From Bacteroidota bacterium (GTDB lineage: Bacteria > Bacteroidota > Bacteroidia > AKYH767-A > OLB10): 64,000 nucleotides of DNA. The stretch covers positions 4,010-68,009 of the forward strand of contig JANXSD010000157.1 in assembly GCA_025352785.1 (NCBI GenBank). The letters are read 5' to 3'. Positions 1 through 10,580 of this stretch are shown piece by piece. Numbering within the stretch: position 1 is the stretch's first letter; each line of letters opens with the position of its first letter. The notes beneath the pieces were generated by a model. It was not told where the DNA came from. It ran no database searches and saw only the letters and a program-made list of their open reading frames with translations. Position numbers and translations under genes: made by a program.

Positions 1-3000
1 GTTTAAGCATGTAGATAATTCCTACAGTTGCCGGCTGATCAAATCGTTCTCCAGTACCGCCATCATAAAGATAGGTAGATCCGAATTTTGGCAATTCTGC
101 TTTCGTAACATAACTATCAATCTCTTCAATGGTAGCACCATCAAAAATCGGAGTTGCAAACTTCAACCCTAATTTTTGTGCCGCAAGAGCCAATACAGTC
201 TCATAAATCTGACCGAGGTTCATACGAGAAGGTACTCCAAGAGGATTAAGAACGATATCTACTGGTGATCCATCTTCTAGATAAGGCATGTCTTCGTCAC
301 GTACTATACGTGCAACTATACCCTTGTTTCCGTGACGACCTGCCATCTTATCACCTACTTTCAATTTACGTTTCTTAGCGATGTATACTTTAGCAAGTTG
401 CATAATTCCTGTTGGTAATTCATCACCAATTTGAATCTGGAATTTTTTACGTTTATAAGAAGCTATAATCTCATTCGCCTTCACGTTATAATTCGTGAGA
501 AGACGAGTAATCATATCATTCTTGTCCTTATCAGTTGTCCATTTTGTTGGATTGATATTATTGTAATCAAGATCAATCAACATTTTTTGTGTGAACTTCG
601 AACCTTTAGGAATGATTACTTCTTTAAAAGTATTCATTACACCTTGTGAAGTTTTTCCACTCACGAGCATGAACAATTTATCAATCAGTTTACCTTTCAG
701 TTCTACTAATTCTTTGTCCTGCTCACCATCGAAACGAGCAACGATTGATTTTTCTTCATCACGTGCTTTTTTATCCTTAATCGCACGGCTAAATAATTTC
801 TTATCTATTACGACACCTTTAACAGATGGCGGAACTTTCAAAGAAGCATCTTTCACATCACCAGCTTTATCACCAAAAATTGCGCGAAGTAATTTCTCTT
901 CTGGAGAAGGATCTGTTTCACCTTTTGGTGTGATTTTACCAATCAGAATATCGCCTTCAGTAACTTCTGCACCAACTCGAATTAAGCCATTCTCATCTAA
1001 TTCACGAGTAGCTTCTTCACTAACGTTTGGAATATCAGCTGTTAATTCTTCTAGTCCTCGTTTTGTATCACGCACTTCAAGGCTATATTCATCGATGTGT
1101 AATGATGTAAAAATATCTTCACGCACAACACGTTCAGAAATTACAATCGCATCCTCGAAGTTATTTCCCTTCCATGGCATGAAAGCCACTTTCATATTAC
1201 GACCTAAAGCAAGTTCTCCTCCTTGAGTTGCATACCCTTCGCATAGAACTTGATCCTTTCTAACCTTATCACCTTTCTTAACAATTGGCTTAAGATTGAT
1301 ACAAGTATTCTGGTTTGTTTTTTGGAATTTAGTAAGGCGATAGATTTTTAAATCATCTTCAAAACTTACTAATTTCTCATCATCATTACGATATCCGCGA
1401 ATGTGAATTTCATTTGCATCAACATATTCAACAACTCCTGAATGTTCTGCATTGATCAGCACACGACTATCACGAACAACATCACCTTCCAAGCCTGTTC
1501 CAACATAAGGTGCTTCAGGGCGAAGCAATGGAACTGCTTGGCGTTGCATGTTCGATCCCATCAGGGCACGGTTTGCATCATCATGTTCTAAGAAGGGAAT
1601 CAATGACGCAGCAATAGAAGCGATCTGATTCGGTGCAACATCCATCAAATGAATATCCTTTGGATCTACAATTGGGAAATCTCCTTCGAAACGTGCTTTT
1701 ACTTTTTGCGTGTGGAATAATCCTGATTCATCAACATCAGCATTTGCTTGTGCAATAACCATCGTATCTTCTTCTTCAGCAGTTAAATAAATCGGTGCTG
1801 AATCCATATCGATTTGCCCATTAGCAACTTTTCGATAAGGTGTTGAAATGAAACCAAGATTATTGATTTTTGCGAATACACAAAGTGATGAAATCAAACC
1901 GATGTTTGGTCCTTCTGGAGTTTCAATAGTACATAAACGTCCATAATGAGTATAGTGAACGTCACGTACTTCGAAACCTGCTCTTTCGCGTGAAAGACCA
2001 CCTGGTCCAAGTGCTGAGAGTCGACGCTTGTGCGTGATCTCTGCAAGGGGATTAGTTTGATCCATAAACTGACTAAGCTGATTCGTTCCAAAGAAGGAAT
2101 TTATTACGCTCGACAGTGTTTTAGCATTAATAAGATCGGCAGGAGTAAAAACTTCGTTATCGCGAACGTTCATACGCTCACGGATAGTACGCGCCATACG
2201 AGCCAAACCTACTCCAAACTGAGAGTAAAGTTGTTCTCCAACAGTACGTACACGACGATTACTCAAGTGATCAATATCATCAACATCTGCCTTAGCATTA
2301 ATCAGCTGGATCAGGTATTTAATGATAGATATTATATCTTCTTTCGTGAGTACCTTCGTATTCGAGTCAATTTCAAGTTTAAGCTTGCGATTAATACGAT
2401 AACGACCTACTTCACCAAGATCATAGCGTTTATCGGAGAAAAACAATTTGTCGATAATACCGCGTGCAGTTTCTTCATCTGGTGGCTCTGCATTTCTAAG
2501 TTGACGATAGATATGTTCTACCGCTTCTTTTTCAGAGTTAGAGGTATCTTTATGAAGCGTATTGTAAATAATCGCATAATCATTTGTATTCGCGTCTTCC
2601 TTATGAAGGATAACCGATTTTACACCTGCATCAACGATAATGTCAATATGCTCATCTTGAAGCACAGTTTCACGTTCAAGAATAACTTCGTTACGCTCAA
2701 TAGAAACGACTTCACCAGTATCCTCATCAACGAAATCTTCCAGCCAGCTCTTCAATACACGAGCAGCCAATTTACGACCGACCACCTTCTTTAATCCAGC
2801 TTTACTAACTTTTACTTCGTCAGCTAATCCGAAAATCTCAAGGATATCTTTGTCTGTTTGATAACCAATTGCACGAAGCAAAGTAGTTACTGGAAATTTC
2901 TTTTTGCGATCGATGTAAGCGTACATCACGTTATTGATATCCGTTGCAAATTCGATCCATGATCCTTTGAAAGGAATAACACGAGCGGAATACAATTTTG

Positions 3001-3511
3001 TTCCATTAGCATGGCGGCTTTGTCCAAAAAACACTCCTGGAGAACGGTGAAGTTGAGATACCACAACACGTTCCGCACCATTGATAACGAAAGTTCCTTT
3101 AGGAGTCATGTAGGGAATTGTTCCTAGATAAACATCCTGCACGATAGTTTCGAAATCTTCGTGCTCAGGGTCAGTACAATAAAGTTTTAATTTAGCTTTC
3201 AGTGGAACACTATGCGTTAGACCACGTTCAATACATTCTTCGATAGAATATCGGGGTGGATCTACGAAATAATCTAAGAATTCGAGCACAAAGTTATTGC
3301 GCGAATCAGTAATTGGAAAGTTTTCACTGAACACCTTATAAAGTCCTTCCTGCGTACGATTGTCTGCCGTTGTTTCAAGCTGGAAGAAATCCTTAAACGA
3401 CTTCAGCTGAACCTCTAGAAAATCAGGGTACTGGAAGGGGTGCTTGCTTTTGGCAAAATTGATACGGTTGTTGGAAGTCTTTTCGGTAGAAAGACTGGTT
3501 TTAGTAGTCAA
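1..3511 (-). CDS. rpoB: DNA-directed RNA polymerase subunit beta (3' end runs off the window)
   Basis: Manual translation from TTG at 3511 gives [31 protein letters not shown]..., later [10 protein letters not shown] and [33 protein letters not shown]. Lies directly downstream of rplL. Missing from the ORF track because no stop falls in the window. Confidence 0.98.
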   Translation of the reverse strand, partial: MTTKTSLSTEKTSNNRINFAKSKHPFQYPDFLEVQLKSFKDFFQLETTADNRTQEGLYKVFSENFPITDSRNNFVLEFLDYFVDPPRYSIEECIERGLTHSVPLKAKLKLYCTDPEHEDFETIVQDVYLGTIPYMTPKGTFVINGAERVVVSQLHRSPGVFFGQSRHANGTKLYSARVIPFKGSWIEFATDINNVMYAYIDRKKKFPVTTLLRAIGYQTDKDILEIFGLADEVKVSKAGLKKVVGRKLAARVLKSWLEDFVDEDTGEVVSIERNEVILERETVLQDEHIDIIVDAGVKSVILHKEDANTNDYAIIYNTLHKDTSNSEKEAVEHIYRQLRNAEPPDEETARGIIDKLFFSDKRYDLGEVGRYRINRKLKLEIDSNTKVLTKEDIISIIKYLIQLINAKADVDDIDHLSNRRVRTVGEQLYSQFGVGLARMARTIRERMNVRDNEVFTPADLINAKTLSSVINSFFGTNQLSQFMDQTNPLAEITHKRRLSALGPGGLSRERAGFEVRDVHYTHYGRLCTIETPEGPNIGLISSLCVFAKINNLGFISTPYRKVANGQIDMDSAPIYLTAEEEDTMVIAQANADVDESGLFHTQKVKARFEGDFPIVDPKDIHLMDVAPNQIASIAASLIPFLEHDDANRALMGSNMQRQAVPLLRPEAPYVGTGLEGDVVRDSRVLINAEHSGVVEYVDANEIHIRGYRNDDEKLVSFEDDLKIYRLTKFQKTNQNTCINLKPIVKKGDKVRKDQVLCEGYATQGGELALGRNMKVAFMPWKGNNFEDAIVISERVVREDIFTSLHIDEYSLEVRDTKRGLEELTADIPNVSEEATRELDENGLIRVGAEVTEGDILIGKITPKGETDPSPEEKLLRAIFGDKAGDVKDASLKVPPSVKGVVIDKKLFSRAIKDKKARDEEKSIVARFDGEQDKELVELKGKLIDKLFMLVSGKTSQGVMNTFKEVIIPKGSKFTQKMLIDLDYNNINPTKWTTDKDKNDMITRLLTNYNVKANEIIASYKRKKFQIQIGDELPTGIMQLAKVYIAKKRKLKVGDKMAGRHGNKGIVARIVRDEDMPYLEDGSPVDIVLNPLGVPSRMNLGQIYETVLALAAQKLGLKFATPIFDGATIEEIDSYVTKAELPKFGSTYLYDGGTGERFDQPATVGIIYMLK

Positions 3512-3581
3512 GGCGAAGGGGGTTTTGAATTATAAACAACCATTCATTTACTTCTGTTTTTTACAACAGATTATAAACGGG

Positions 3582-3619
3582 AATAGACCTGTTCCATTTT
3601 TGGATGGAACAGGTCTATT
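3582..3619 (-). terminator. Hairpin between rplL and rpoB (attenuator/terminator-like)
   Basis: Perfect 16-bp stem AATAGACCTGTTCCAT/ATGGAACAGGTCTATT, with only a weak U tract on the - strand. Confidence 0.65.
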
Positions 3620-3635
3620 AAAACTTGTAAATCAA

Positions 3636-4010
3636 TTACTTGATATCTACTTCAGCTCCAGCATCAACTAACTGTTGCTTCAATGAATTTGCTTCTTCTT
3701 TAGTAACACCTTCTTTTACTGCTTTTGGTGCACCGTCAACTAAGTCTTTCGCTTCTTTCAAGCCAAGACCAGTAAGATCTTTAACAAGTTTCACGATAGC
3801 AAGTTTATTAGGACCCGTTGCTTTAAGGATTACGTCGAATGCAGTTTGCTCTTCAGCAACTGGAGCAGCGGCACCACCACCACCACCGATAGCTACGGCT
3901 GCAGCAGCAGGCTCAATGCCATACTCATCTTTAAGGATTTGTGCAAGTTCTTGAACTTCTTTAACAGTTAAGTTAACTAACTGTTCTGCGAACGATTTAA
4001 GGTCTGCCAT
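3636..4010 (-). CDS. rplL: 50S ribosomal protein bL12 (L7/L12)
   Basis: [10 protein letters not shown]...[14 protein letters not shown] motifs; operon position. Confidence 0.99.
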   Translation of the reverse strand: MADLKSFAEQLVNLTVKEVQELAQILKDEYGIEPAAAAVAIGGGGGAAAPVAEEQTAFDVILKATGPNKLAIVKLVKDLTGLGLKEAKDLVDGAPKAVKEGVTKEEANSLKQQLVDAGAEVDIK

Positions 4011-4088
4011 TTTATTTGTTTTTTAAAGGGGGGATACGAGTGAATGATTAATTTTTTTGTTTGATAAAGAGTTTTTATGCGCTTAATT

Positions 4089-4610
4089 TTAAGCAGCACG
4101 CTCTTCGAGAGTTTTGAGGATTCCTGCGATTTTGCTTCCCTGACCTTTGAGGCCTGAAATAACATTTTGCGCTGGTGATTGGAGTAGTCCAATAATATCT
4201 CCGACAAGTTCTTCTTTGGTTTTCAACGATGCAAGGGCATCTAATTGATTATCGCCAACATAAATTCCACCGTCGATACTTGCACTCTTCAATACTGGTT
4301 TATCGCTCTCTTTGCGAAATTCCTTGATAAGTTTAGCTGGAATATTTGGAAATTCAGCTGTCATGATAGCCGAGAACCCTTTAAGGGTTGGTACCATATC
4401 AGTGAAGTCGCCTTCAATTCTATCTAATGCTTTTTGGATCAGTGAATTTTTCGCAACCTTCAACTGAACCTGCTTGTTAAAGCATAATCGGCGCAGCTTA
4501 CTTGTCTTTGCGGAAGTCAGCGCAGAGATATCAGTGATATAAAAACTATTGTACTGTGACAACGTTTCTACCAATGAATCAATGATCTGGTTTTTTTCTT
4601 CTCTGGTCAT
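4089..4610 (-). CDS. rplJ: 50S ribosomal protein uL10
   Basis: MTREEK...KLRR...VAKNSL; between rplA and rplL. Confidence 0.98.
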   Translation of the reverse strand: MTREEKNQIIDSLVETLSQYNSFYITDISALTSAKTSKLRRLCFNKQVQLKVAKNSLIQKALDRIEGDFTDMVPTLKGFSAIMTAEFPNIPAKLIKEFRKESDKPVLKSASIDGGIYVGDNQLDALASLKTKEELVGDIIGLLQSPAQNVISGLKGQGSKIAGILKTLEERAA

Positions 4611-4637
4611 TTTGCTGATTGAGATTAATAATAATTA

Positions 4638-5333
4638 TTACCCGTTTACCGACTTCGAGTCGATATTAATTCCGGGGCTCATAGTACTGCTAATAGAGAT
4701 ACTTCTCATGTAAGTACCTTTTGCAGCCGATGGTTTGAGCTTAGAGATAGTAGTAAGTAATTCCTGTGCGTTTTCTAACAACTTAGCAGCGTCAAATGAT
4801 ACCTTTCCGATTGAAGCGTGAATGATACCTGTTTTATCTACTTTGAAGTCGATTTTACCCGCTTTCACCTCTGTTACAGCCTTACCAACATCGTTTGTTA
4901 CGGTGCCAGTTTTAGGATTTGGCATAAGGTTACGTGGTCCAAGGATTTTACCCAATTTACCCACTTTTGCCATAACGCTAGGCATTGTGATCACGATATC
5001 AACATCCGTCCAACCGCTTTCGATTTTTTGGATATATTCATCAAGACCTACGAAGTCAGCGCCAGCATCTTTAGCTTCTTGCTCTTTGTCGGGAGTACAC
5101 AATACGAGTACACGTATTGTTTTTCCTGTTCCGTGCGGAAGGGTAACGATACCACGTACCATTTGATTGGCTTTTCGTGGATCAACACCTAAACGCACTG
5201 ACAAATCAACAGAAGCATCGAACTTTGTGAAAGATATTTCTTTCACCATCTTTGAAGCTTCCGCTAGTGTGTATGCTTTGTCAGCATCAACTTTTGCGTA
5301 AGCTACCTTCTGGTTCTTTGTTAAGTTAGCCAT
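4638..5333 (-). CDS. rplA: 50S ribosomal protein uL1
   Basis: [14 protein letters not shown]...LPHGTGK and [11 protein letters not shown] motifs. Confidence 0.99.
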   Translation of the reverse strand: MANLTKNQKVAYAKVDADKAYTLAEASKMVKEISFTKFDASVDLSVRLGVDPRKANQMVRGIVTLPHGTGKTIRVLVLCTPDKEQEAKDAGADFVGLDEYIQKIESGWTDVDIVITMPSVMAKVGKLGKILGPRNLMPNPKTGTVTNDVGKAVTEVKAGKIDFKVDKTGIIHASIGKVSFDAAKLLENAQELLTTISKLKPSAAKGTYMRSISISSTMSPGINIDSKSVNG

Positions 5334-5423
5334 TGTGTGAATCTAAATTTGATTGTTTCAGCGAACCGGTTTTTTAACGGGAAGCAGCGAGCGCTGTACC
5401 GGTGCTGTGATTAGTTTGACTTT

Positions 5424-5867
5424 TTACTTATCCCAAGGAGCTGCACCATCAACATTGATACCTGCACTTCTTGCTGATCCAGCTACCATTTTCATGGCAG
5501 ATTCAATAGTAAAGCAGTTCATATCCTGCATTTTACCTTCAGCAATGGTACGAATTTGGTCCCAAGTGACAGTACCGACTTTTTTCCTATTAGGTTCAGC
5601 CGAACCGCTCTGAATTTTGAGAGTGTCCATCAGTTGATTATAAACTGGTGGAGTTTTGATGACAAATTCGAATGATTTGTCAACGTAAACTGTAATCTGA
5701 ACGGGCAGTATCTGACCGGCTCTTTCCTGGGTGCGAGCATTGAACTGCTTGCAGAATTCCATGATGTTTACTCCTTTCGCTCCTAATGCAGGACCAATTG
5801 GAGGAGCAGGGTTAGCAGCACCGCCTTTTACTTGTAGTTTAATAAGTGCGCCTATTTCCTTTGCCAT
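5424..5867 (-). CDS. rplK: 50S ribosomal protein uL11
   Basis: [15 protein letters not shown]...[11 protein letters not shown]. Confidence 0.99.
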   Translation of the reverse strand: MAKEIGALIKLQVKGGAANPAPPIGPALGAKGVNIMEFCKQFNARTQERAGQILPVQITVYVDKSFEFVIKTPPVYNQLMDTLKIQSGSAEPNRKKVGTVTWDQIRTIAEGKMQDMNCFTIESAMKMVAGSARSAGINVDGAAPWDK

Positions 5868-5887
5868 TTGTTTTTGTTTATATCAAG

Positions 5888-5963
5888 AATTCTTCTGCCT
5901 TCTTTTACATTTTGTCCAGTGTTGGAAGCACATAGAACAAAACTTTGGGAAAGCAAAAGAACT
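5888..5963 (-). promoter_or_regulatory. Structured RNA in the nusG-rplK spacer (candidate r-protein leader)
   Basis: 15-bp outer stem and 8-bp inner stem that pair fully (with G-U) only on the transcribed strand; apical loop CUUCCAA. Confidence 0.5.
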
Positions 5964-6521
5964 TTATGATTCTTTTTCTACTTGCATATAACTCAACTCA
6001 AGAGGTGTTTTACGTCCGAAGATCTTCACCATTACCTTGAGTTTTTTCTTTTCTTCATTCACCTCTTCAATTACTCCTGAGAAGCTGTTAAAAGGTCCAT
6101 CAACAACTTTTACTGTTTCCCCAATAACAAATGGGATGTTTATAATCTCTTCACTATCTGCTAATTCGTCAACTTTACCAAGTATTCTATTGACTTCAGA
6201 AATTCGAAGTGGAGCTGGAGGGGCGCCTTTAGCACCTAAAAATCCGATTACCCCTGTCGTACTTTCGATCACGTGCGTAATTTCTCCTACTAATTCTGCT
6301 TCAATCAAAATATATCCTGGATAAAAGCTGCGCTCCTTGCTAACTTTTTTTCCTTCTTTTATTTGATAGTACTTTTCCATTGGGATGAGTACTTGTGCAA
6401 TATGGGTTTGCAAACCAGCGCGTATAATTTCAGACTCGAGATATTGTTTTACCTTTTTCTCTTGCCCAGATATAGCACGTATTACATACCATTTTTTGCC
6501 TCCGGTGATGATTTCAGACAT
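5964..6521 (-). CDS. nusG: Transcription termination/antitermination factor NusG
   Basis: KWYVIRAISGQE, FYPGY and KOW (VVDGPFNSFSG...IFGRKTPLEL) motifs. ATG at 6521 preferred over 6536, which overlaps secE. Confidence 0.97.
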   Translation of the reverse strand: MSEIITGGKKWYVIRAISGQEKKVKQYLESEIIRAGLQTHIAQVLIPMEKYYQIKEGKKVSKERSFYPGYILIEAELVGEITHVIESTTGVIGFLGAKGAPPAPLRISEVNRILGKVDELADSEEIINIPFVIGETVKVVDGPFNSFSGVIEEVNEEKKKLKVMVKIFGRKTPLELSYMQVEKES

Positions 6522-6528
6522 GACAGGA

Positions 6529-6723
6529 TTATGCAAAAAGGTTATAAATAATATTTAAAGTTCCTTGGAAAAGAAAATCAATAAAGAATATTACCAATCC
6601 AAAGATAAGTGTAGCAATAAGCACAACGATAGCGCTACTTTGCAGTTCGCTCCACGCTGGCCATGACACCTTGTGCATCAATTCATTATAAGAATCTGCT
6701 AAATATAATCTGATCTTTTCCAT
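6529..6723 (-). CDS. secE: Preprotein translocase subunit SecE
   Basis: ELMHKVSWP motif plus one TM helix; between tRNA-Trp and nusG. Confidence 0.96.
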   Translation of the reverse strand: MEKIRLYLADSYNELMHKVSWPAWSELQSSAIVVLIATLIFGLVIFFIDFLFQGTLNIIYNLFA

Positions 6724-6766
6724 AATCTTTTCAAGGATAATTATTAATGTATTCCGTTGATGGACG

Positions 6767-6839
6767 CACGGGTGGAGAGACTCGAACTCCCAGCCAACGG
6801 TTTTGGAGACCGCTACTCTACCAATTGAGCTACACCCGT
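6767..6839 (-). tRNA. tRNA-Trp (CCA)
   Basis: Cloverleaf ACGGGTG...GCGGT-CTCCAAA-ACCGT...GTTCGAG...CACCCGT-G; 3' CCA not encoded. Confidence 0.97.
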
Positions 6840-6935
6840 TTATTTTTAATATTCACTTTTGTTGTAGCTAACTCTACCTCCCGATAGCTACGACATTTTT
6901 TTACTTCTTCAAGCGAAACCTGATATTAGTCCAAA

Positions 6936-6995
6936 GTTCAAGGTTCGATGAGGTATTTTAAATAAATTTAAAATACTGTTCATTGAACTTTGAAC
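6936..6995. repeat. Long inverted repeat with heptamer-unit arms
   Basis: Outer arms GTTCAAGGTTCGATGA/TCATTGAACTTTGAAC; inner perfect arms GTATTTTAAAT/ATTTAAAATAC. Confidence 0.6.
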
Positions 6996-7006
6996 CCTAA
7001 ACTTTA

Positions 7007-7045
7007 AAATAGTTAGTCCCAACTATAAGTTAAGACTAACTATTT
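7007..7045 (-). terminator. Hairpin downstream of tuf (terminator or processing site)
   Basis: 12-bp stem AAATAGTTAGTC/GACTAACTATTT just after the tuf stop. Confidence 0.6.
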
Positions 7046-7058
7046 GAATATTATTTAA

Positions 7059-8246
7059 TTATGCTAAAATTTCAGTTACCTGACCTGCACCTACAGTACG
7101 ACCACCTTCGCGGATTGCGAAACGTAGACCTTTATCCATAGCAACTGGCTGAATCAATTCAACAGTGATTGTTACGTTATCACCTGGCATTACCATTTCA
7201 CGTCCTTCTGGAAGTGTGATTTCGCCTGTTACATCAGTTGTACGCATGTAAAACTGAGGACGATATTTTTGATGGAACGGAGTGTGACGACCACCTTCTT
7301 CTTTCTTCAAAACATAAATTTCAGCTTTGAATTTAGTATGTGGAGTTATTGAACCTGGCTTAGCTACAACCATTCCACGACGGATATCAGTCTTTTCTAT
7401 ACCACGTAATAAAAGGCCAACGTTATCACCAGCTTCACCACGATCAAGAATCTTGCGAAACATCTCAACGCCTGTAACAGTAGAGGTCAATTTCGCTGTT
7501 TGCATTCCGATGATTTCAACAGAATCGTTTGAGTTAATAACTCCTCTTTCGATACGACCAGTAGCTACTGTACCACGACCAGTGATCGAGAATACATCTT
7601 CAACAGGCATAAGGAAAGGCAGATCAATCATACGTGGAGGAATTGGAATAAAAGTATCCACAGCTTCCATCAATTCAAGGATTTTAGGCGTCCAAGTAGC
7701 ATCAAGGTTTAATCCACCTAATGCAGAACCACGGATAACGGGAGTATTATCTCCATCATAATCGTAAAAAGATAGTAATTCACGAATTTCCATTTCAACA
7801 AGGTCTAATAACTCAACGTCGTCCACCATATCTACTTTGTTCATGAAAACAACAACCTTTGGAACACCAACCTGACGTGCGAGCAAGATATGCTCACGCG
7901 TTTGAGGCATAGGGCCATCAGTAGCAGCAACAACTAGAATTGCACCATCCATTTGAGCAGCACCTGTAACCATGTTCTTCACATAATCAGCGTGACCTGG
8001 ACAGTCAACGTGAGCATAGTGACGGGTTTTGGTTTGGTACTCAACGTGAGAAGTGTTGATAGTGATACCACGCTCTTTTTCTTCAGGAGCGTTGTCAATA
8101 GAGGCGAAATCCCTCTTTTCAGCAAGACCTGATTGAGCAAGTACGTTGGTAATTGCAGCAGTCAGAGTGGTCTTACCGTGATCGACGTGACCGATCGTAC
8201 CGATATTTACGTGTGGTTTGGAACGATCAAATTTCTCTTTTGCCAT
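7059..8246 (-). CDS. tuf: Elongation factor Tu
   Basis: [35 protein letters not shown]. Confidence 0.99.
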   Translation of the reverse strand: MAKEKFDRSKPHVNIGTIGHVDHGKTTLTAAITNVLAQSGLAEKRDFASIDNAPEEKERGITINTSHVEYQTKTRHYAHVDCPGHADYVKNMVTGAAQMDGAILVVAATDGPMPQTREHILLARQVGVPKVVVFMNKVDMVDDVELLDLVEMEIRELLSFYDYDGDNTPVIRGSALGGLNLDATWTPKILELMEAVDTFIPIPPRMIDLPFLMPVEDVFSITGRGTVATGRIERGVINSNDSVEIIGMQTAKLTSTVTGVEMFRKILDRGEAGDNVGLLLRGIEKTDIRRGMVVAKPGSITPHTKFKAEIYVLKKEEGGRHTPFHQKYRPQFYMRTTDVTGEITLPEGREMVMPGDNVTITVELIQPVAMDKGLRFAIREGGRTVGAGQVTEILA

Positions 8247-8293
8247 TTTATTAAAGGTGTTATGTTGTTATAATTTAATGTTTCTTAGGTTTG

Positions 8294-8366
8294 AGCCAAT
8301 GACCAGAATCGAACTGGTGACCTCATCCCTACCAAGGATGTGCTCTACCATCTGAGCTACATTGGC
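8294..8366 (-). tRNA. tRNA-Thr (GGT)
   Basis: GCCAATG...CATCC-TTGGTAG-GGATG...GTTCGATT...CATTGGC-T. Confidence 0.97.
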
Positions 8367-8508
8367 TAATCGAGACAATCTGATTAACTAATCTTCAAGG
8401 TCACTGTACAATTTAATGGACCGTGAAATTACAAAAACTCATTGAATTTCAAGGTTAAAATTTTTATAATTCCGTTTTTAGAGAATTATGGTAATTTTTG
8501 TTCTTTAG

Positions 8509-8581
8509 AGCGGAAGACCGGGCTCGAACCGGCCACCCTCAGCTTGGAAGGCTGATGCTCTACCAAATGAGCTACTTCCGC
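8509..8581 (-). tRNA. tRNA-Gly (TCC)
   Basis: GCGGAAG...TCAGC-CTTCCAA-GCTGA...GTTCGAGC...CTTCCGC-T. Confidence 0.97.
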
Positions 8582-8775
8582 TTAATATTTTAAAGCTGAA
8601 TTTATACTTTCTACTTTTTGAAAGTAAGCAGCTCAGCCTAATTTTTCATTCTTAAAAATGCAAACATTCCAAATTTAAACGTAGTACATTCCTCTGAAGG
8701 AAATATTTATTTTATTAATTTATCAAAGAACAATTTGCTTACGCAGCGACAATATTCAAATTCTCATTAACTAAG

Positions 8776-8858
8776 TGGGGAGAACAGGATTCGAACCTGT
8801 GAAGACATAGGTCAACAGATTTACAGTCTGTCCTCGTTGGCCGCTTGAGTATCTCCCC
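8776..8858 (-). tRNA. tRNA-Tyr (GTA)
   Basis: GGGGAGA...ACAGA-CTGTAAA-TCTGT, long variable arm, GTTCGAATC...TCTCCCC-A. Confidence 0.97.
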
Positions 8859-8956
8859 TCTTTTCAGACAACAGTCGGCATTTTGTAGCATTGAGATTTT
8901 GTATTTAGCTTACTAATACTCTCTCTCATAACTTACACAATGCCGACTAATTTAAG

Positions 8957-9030
8957 AGCCGATGGAGGGATTCGAACCCCCGACCTACTGATTACAAATC
9001 AGTAGCTCTGACCAACTGAGCTACATCGGC
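8957..9030 (-). tRNA. tRNA-Thr (TGT)
   Basis: GCCGATG...ACTGA-TTTGTAA-TCAGT...GTTCGAATC...CATCGGC-T. Confidence 0.97.
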
Positions 9031-9074
9031 TTGATATTCAATGAACTACATTAAATCCCCCGAAAAAGGGACTG

Positions 9075-9104
9075 CAAATTTACAAAATGATTTAGTTCAA
9101 ACAA
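9075..9104 (-). promoter_or_regulatory. Bacteroidota sigma-A promoter of the tRNA-tuf operon
   Basis: -7 box TAAATTTG (9082-9075) with TTG 19 bp upstream. Confidence 0.7.
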
Positions 9105-9256
9105 GTCCTTTTGAAAATATATTTCATTATTAATGTATTTGCTGAAGAAATAGCCCAAATTATTGAAAACAATAAATACAAATGTCTCGTTTTCAACTGT
9201 TTATAAAAATGATGAATTTGAAAATATTTTCGCTTTTTTTTCAACAAACCCCTATT

Positions 9257-9296
9257 TAAATTAGAAAATCCTAGAAAAATAGGATTTTCTAATTTA
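9257..9296 (-). terminator. Terminator hairpin after hpf
   Basis: 17-bp perfect stem TAAATTAGAAAATCCTA/TAGGATTTTCTAATTTA. Confidence 0.65.
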
Positions 9297-9312
9297 ATTT
9301 AGGCTTAAAAAC

Positions 9313-9612
9313 TCAATTTCCTCTTGTTTTTTCCTTGTGTTTTGTGATTTGTTTCCGTAAAGATTCAACAGCACTATCCGTCGCTTCTTCAAATGTTTTA
9401 CATTGTTCTTTAGCAAATAATGTTTTGCCAGGAGTGTTAATTTTGATTTCCGCAATTTTATTCCCCTTTTCATCACCCTTATCGATTCTTAAAAAAACTT
9501 CGCTGTCGATGATGTCCTCATAAAAATGAGTGAGCTTATCTACTTTTTCTTCAATAAACTCTAGGAGTTTGCTGTCTGCATCAAAATGGATCGATTGAAC
9601 CTTAACTTTCAT
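9313..9612 (-). CDS. hpf: Ribosome hibernation factor (HPF/RaiA)
   Basis: MKVKVQSIHFDADSKL...KTFEEATD...LRKQITKHKEK; conserved position after xerC. Confidence 0.93.
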   Translation of the reverse strand: MKVKVQSIHFDADSKLLEFIEEKVDKLTHFYEDIIDSEVFLRIDKGDEKGNKIAEIKINTPGKTLFAKEQCKTFEEATDSAVESLRKQITKHKEKTRGN

Positions 9613-9634
9613 ATGCTTTTAGTTTAAATATTAT

Positions 9635-10534
9635 TTATGCTTTTGGGAATGCTTGTTTATAAACCTCTTTCAATTTTTCAATAGAATTATGCGTGTATAC
9701 TTGTGTAGCGGCTAAGCTGGTATGTCCTAATAATTCCTTTATCGAATTAATATCTGCGCCATTATTTAACATTGATGTTGCAAAACTATGTCTCAATACA
9801 TGCGGACTTCTTTTCTTTCCTGTTGATACAGTGCTTATCATTGATTTTACTCTACGGTAAACGAAGTTGGGAGTCATTTTGTTTCCCTTATTATCAGGGA
9901 AAGTAAATTCATGAAATGTTTCACTTTGCTTTAAAAAAACATCGCGCGACAATAAATAATCTTTTAAAATATTTTTAAAATTCATCGTAATTGGAATTTG
10001 CCGTACTTTGTTACGTTTACCTAAAACAGTAATTGTTAAATTATAGAAATTTATATCACTTGTTTTTAAATTTATCAACTCAGAAAGTCGTACTCCTGTG
10101 CGATAAAAAAAATCAAGAATTAAAAAATCTCTTATAGTTTCGAACGTAACTTTTTCTTCGTTATTGGGTGTAAGCAGAAGCAACATTTTATTATCATCAA
10201 TATACTCAGGTAATTTTTTAGAAACCTTAGGCGCTTGAACCTTTAACATTGGAGTACGTTCGATACGTTTTATCTTTAACATAAATCGGTAAAAGGTTCT
10301 TAAAGTAGTTACCTTCCTACTAACTGAACGTGGATCCAATCCATTTTCCATTAATGAAACGATCCAAGAGCGAATATAAAAATGAGTTGCTAAAGCTGCA
10401 TCATCAATCTGATATTGAATCAGCAAGTAATCTAAATATTGGGTAAGATCGATTGTATAAGCTACAATCGTATGTTCGGAAAAACGCTTTTCGAATTTAA
10501 GGAATGACAGGAAACGCTCTTTATCGTTCACCAA
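9635..10534 (-). CDS. xerC: Tyrosine recombinase XerC
   Basis: Catalytic R (TGVRLSE), K (GKRNK), HxxR (HVLRHSFAT), LGH and Y (TQVYTH); housekeeping rpsU-xerC-hpf synteny. Confidence 0.9.
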   Translation of the reverse strand: MVNDKERFLSFLKFEKRFSEHTIVAYTIDLTQYLDYLLIQYQIDDAALATHFYIRSWIVSLMENGLDPRSVSRKVTTLRTFYRFMLKIKRIERTPMLKVQAPKVSKKLPEYIDDNKMLLLLTPNNEEKVTFETIRDFLILDFFYRTGVRLSELINLKTSDINFYNLTITVLGKRNKVRQIPITMNFKNILKDYLLSRDVFLKQSETFHEFTFPDNKGNKMTPNFVYRRVKSMISTVSTGKKRSPHVLRHSFATSMLNNGADINSIKELLGHTSLAATQVYTHNSIEKLKEVYKQAFPKA

Positions 10535-10580
10535 GAATCAGCTAAGACAATAAAGGTATGCTTAAAAAAGTAGAATACGC

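Noticed and set aside
1985-2100. Possible rifampicin-resistance substitutions in RpoB
   Set aside because: Cluster I reads [23 protein letters not shown]; the key Q, D, H, R and S residues are wild type.
431-3671. + strand ORFs (591-1226, 2030-2794, 3444-3671 and others) and the short - strand ORF 1894-2091
   Set aside because: Antisense or out-of-frame shadows of rpoB, with no recognisable motifs.
6767-6839. tRNA-Trp as a UGA suppressor, or stop-codon recoding explaining the pseudogene stops
   Set aside because: The 27-43 pair is an ordinary G-U wobble and G24 is intact. TGA, TAA and TAG all terminate intact genes here, and the relics also contain frameshifts.
3640-7761. Antisense ORFs over rplL, rplA, rplK, nusG and tuf
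   Set aside because: Typical codon-bias shadows of highly expressed genes.
9635-10534. Tyrosine recombinase near tRNAs as a prophage or island integrase
   Set aside because: It is XerC-sized and in the conserved rpsU-xerC-hpf context. No att duplication of a tRNA 3' end and no phage genes were seen.
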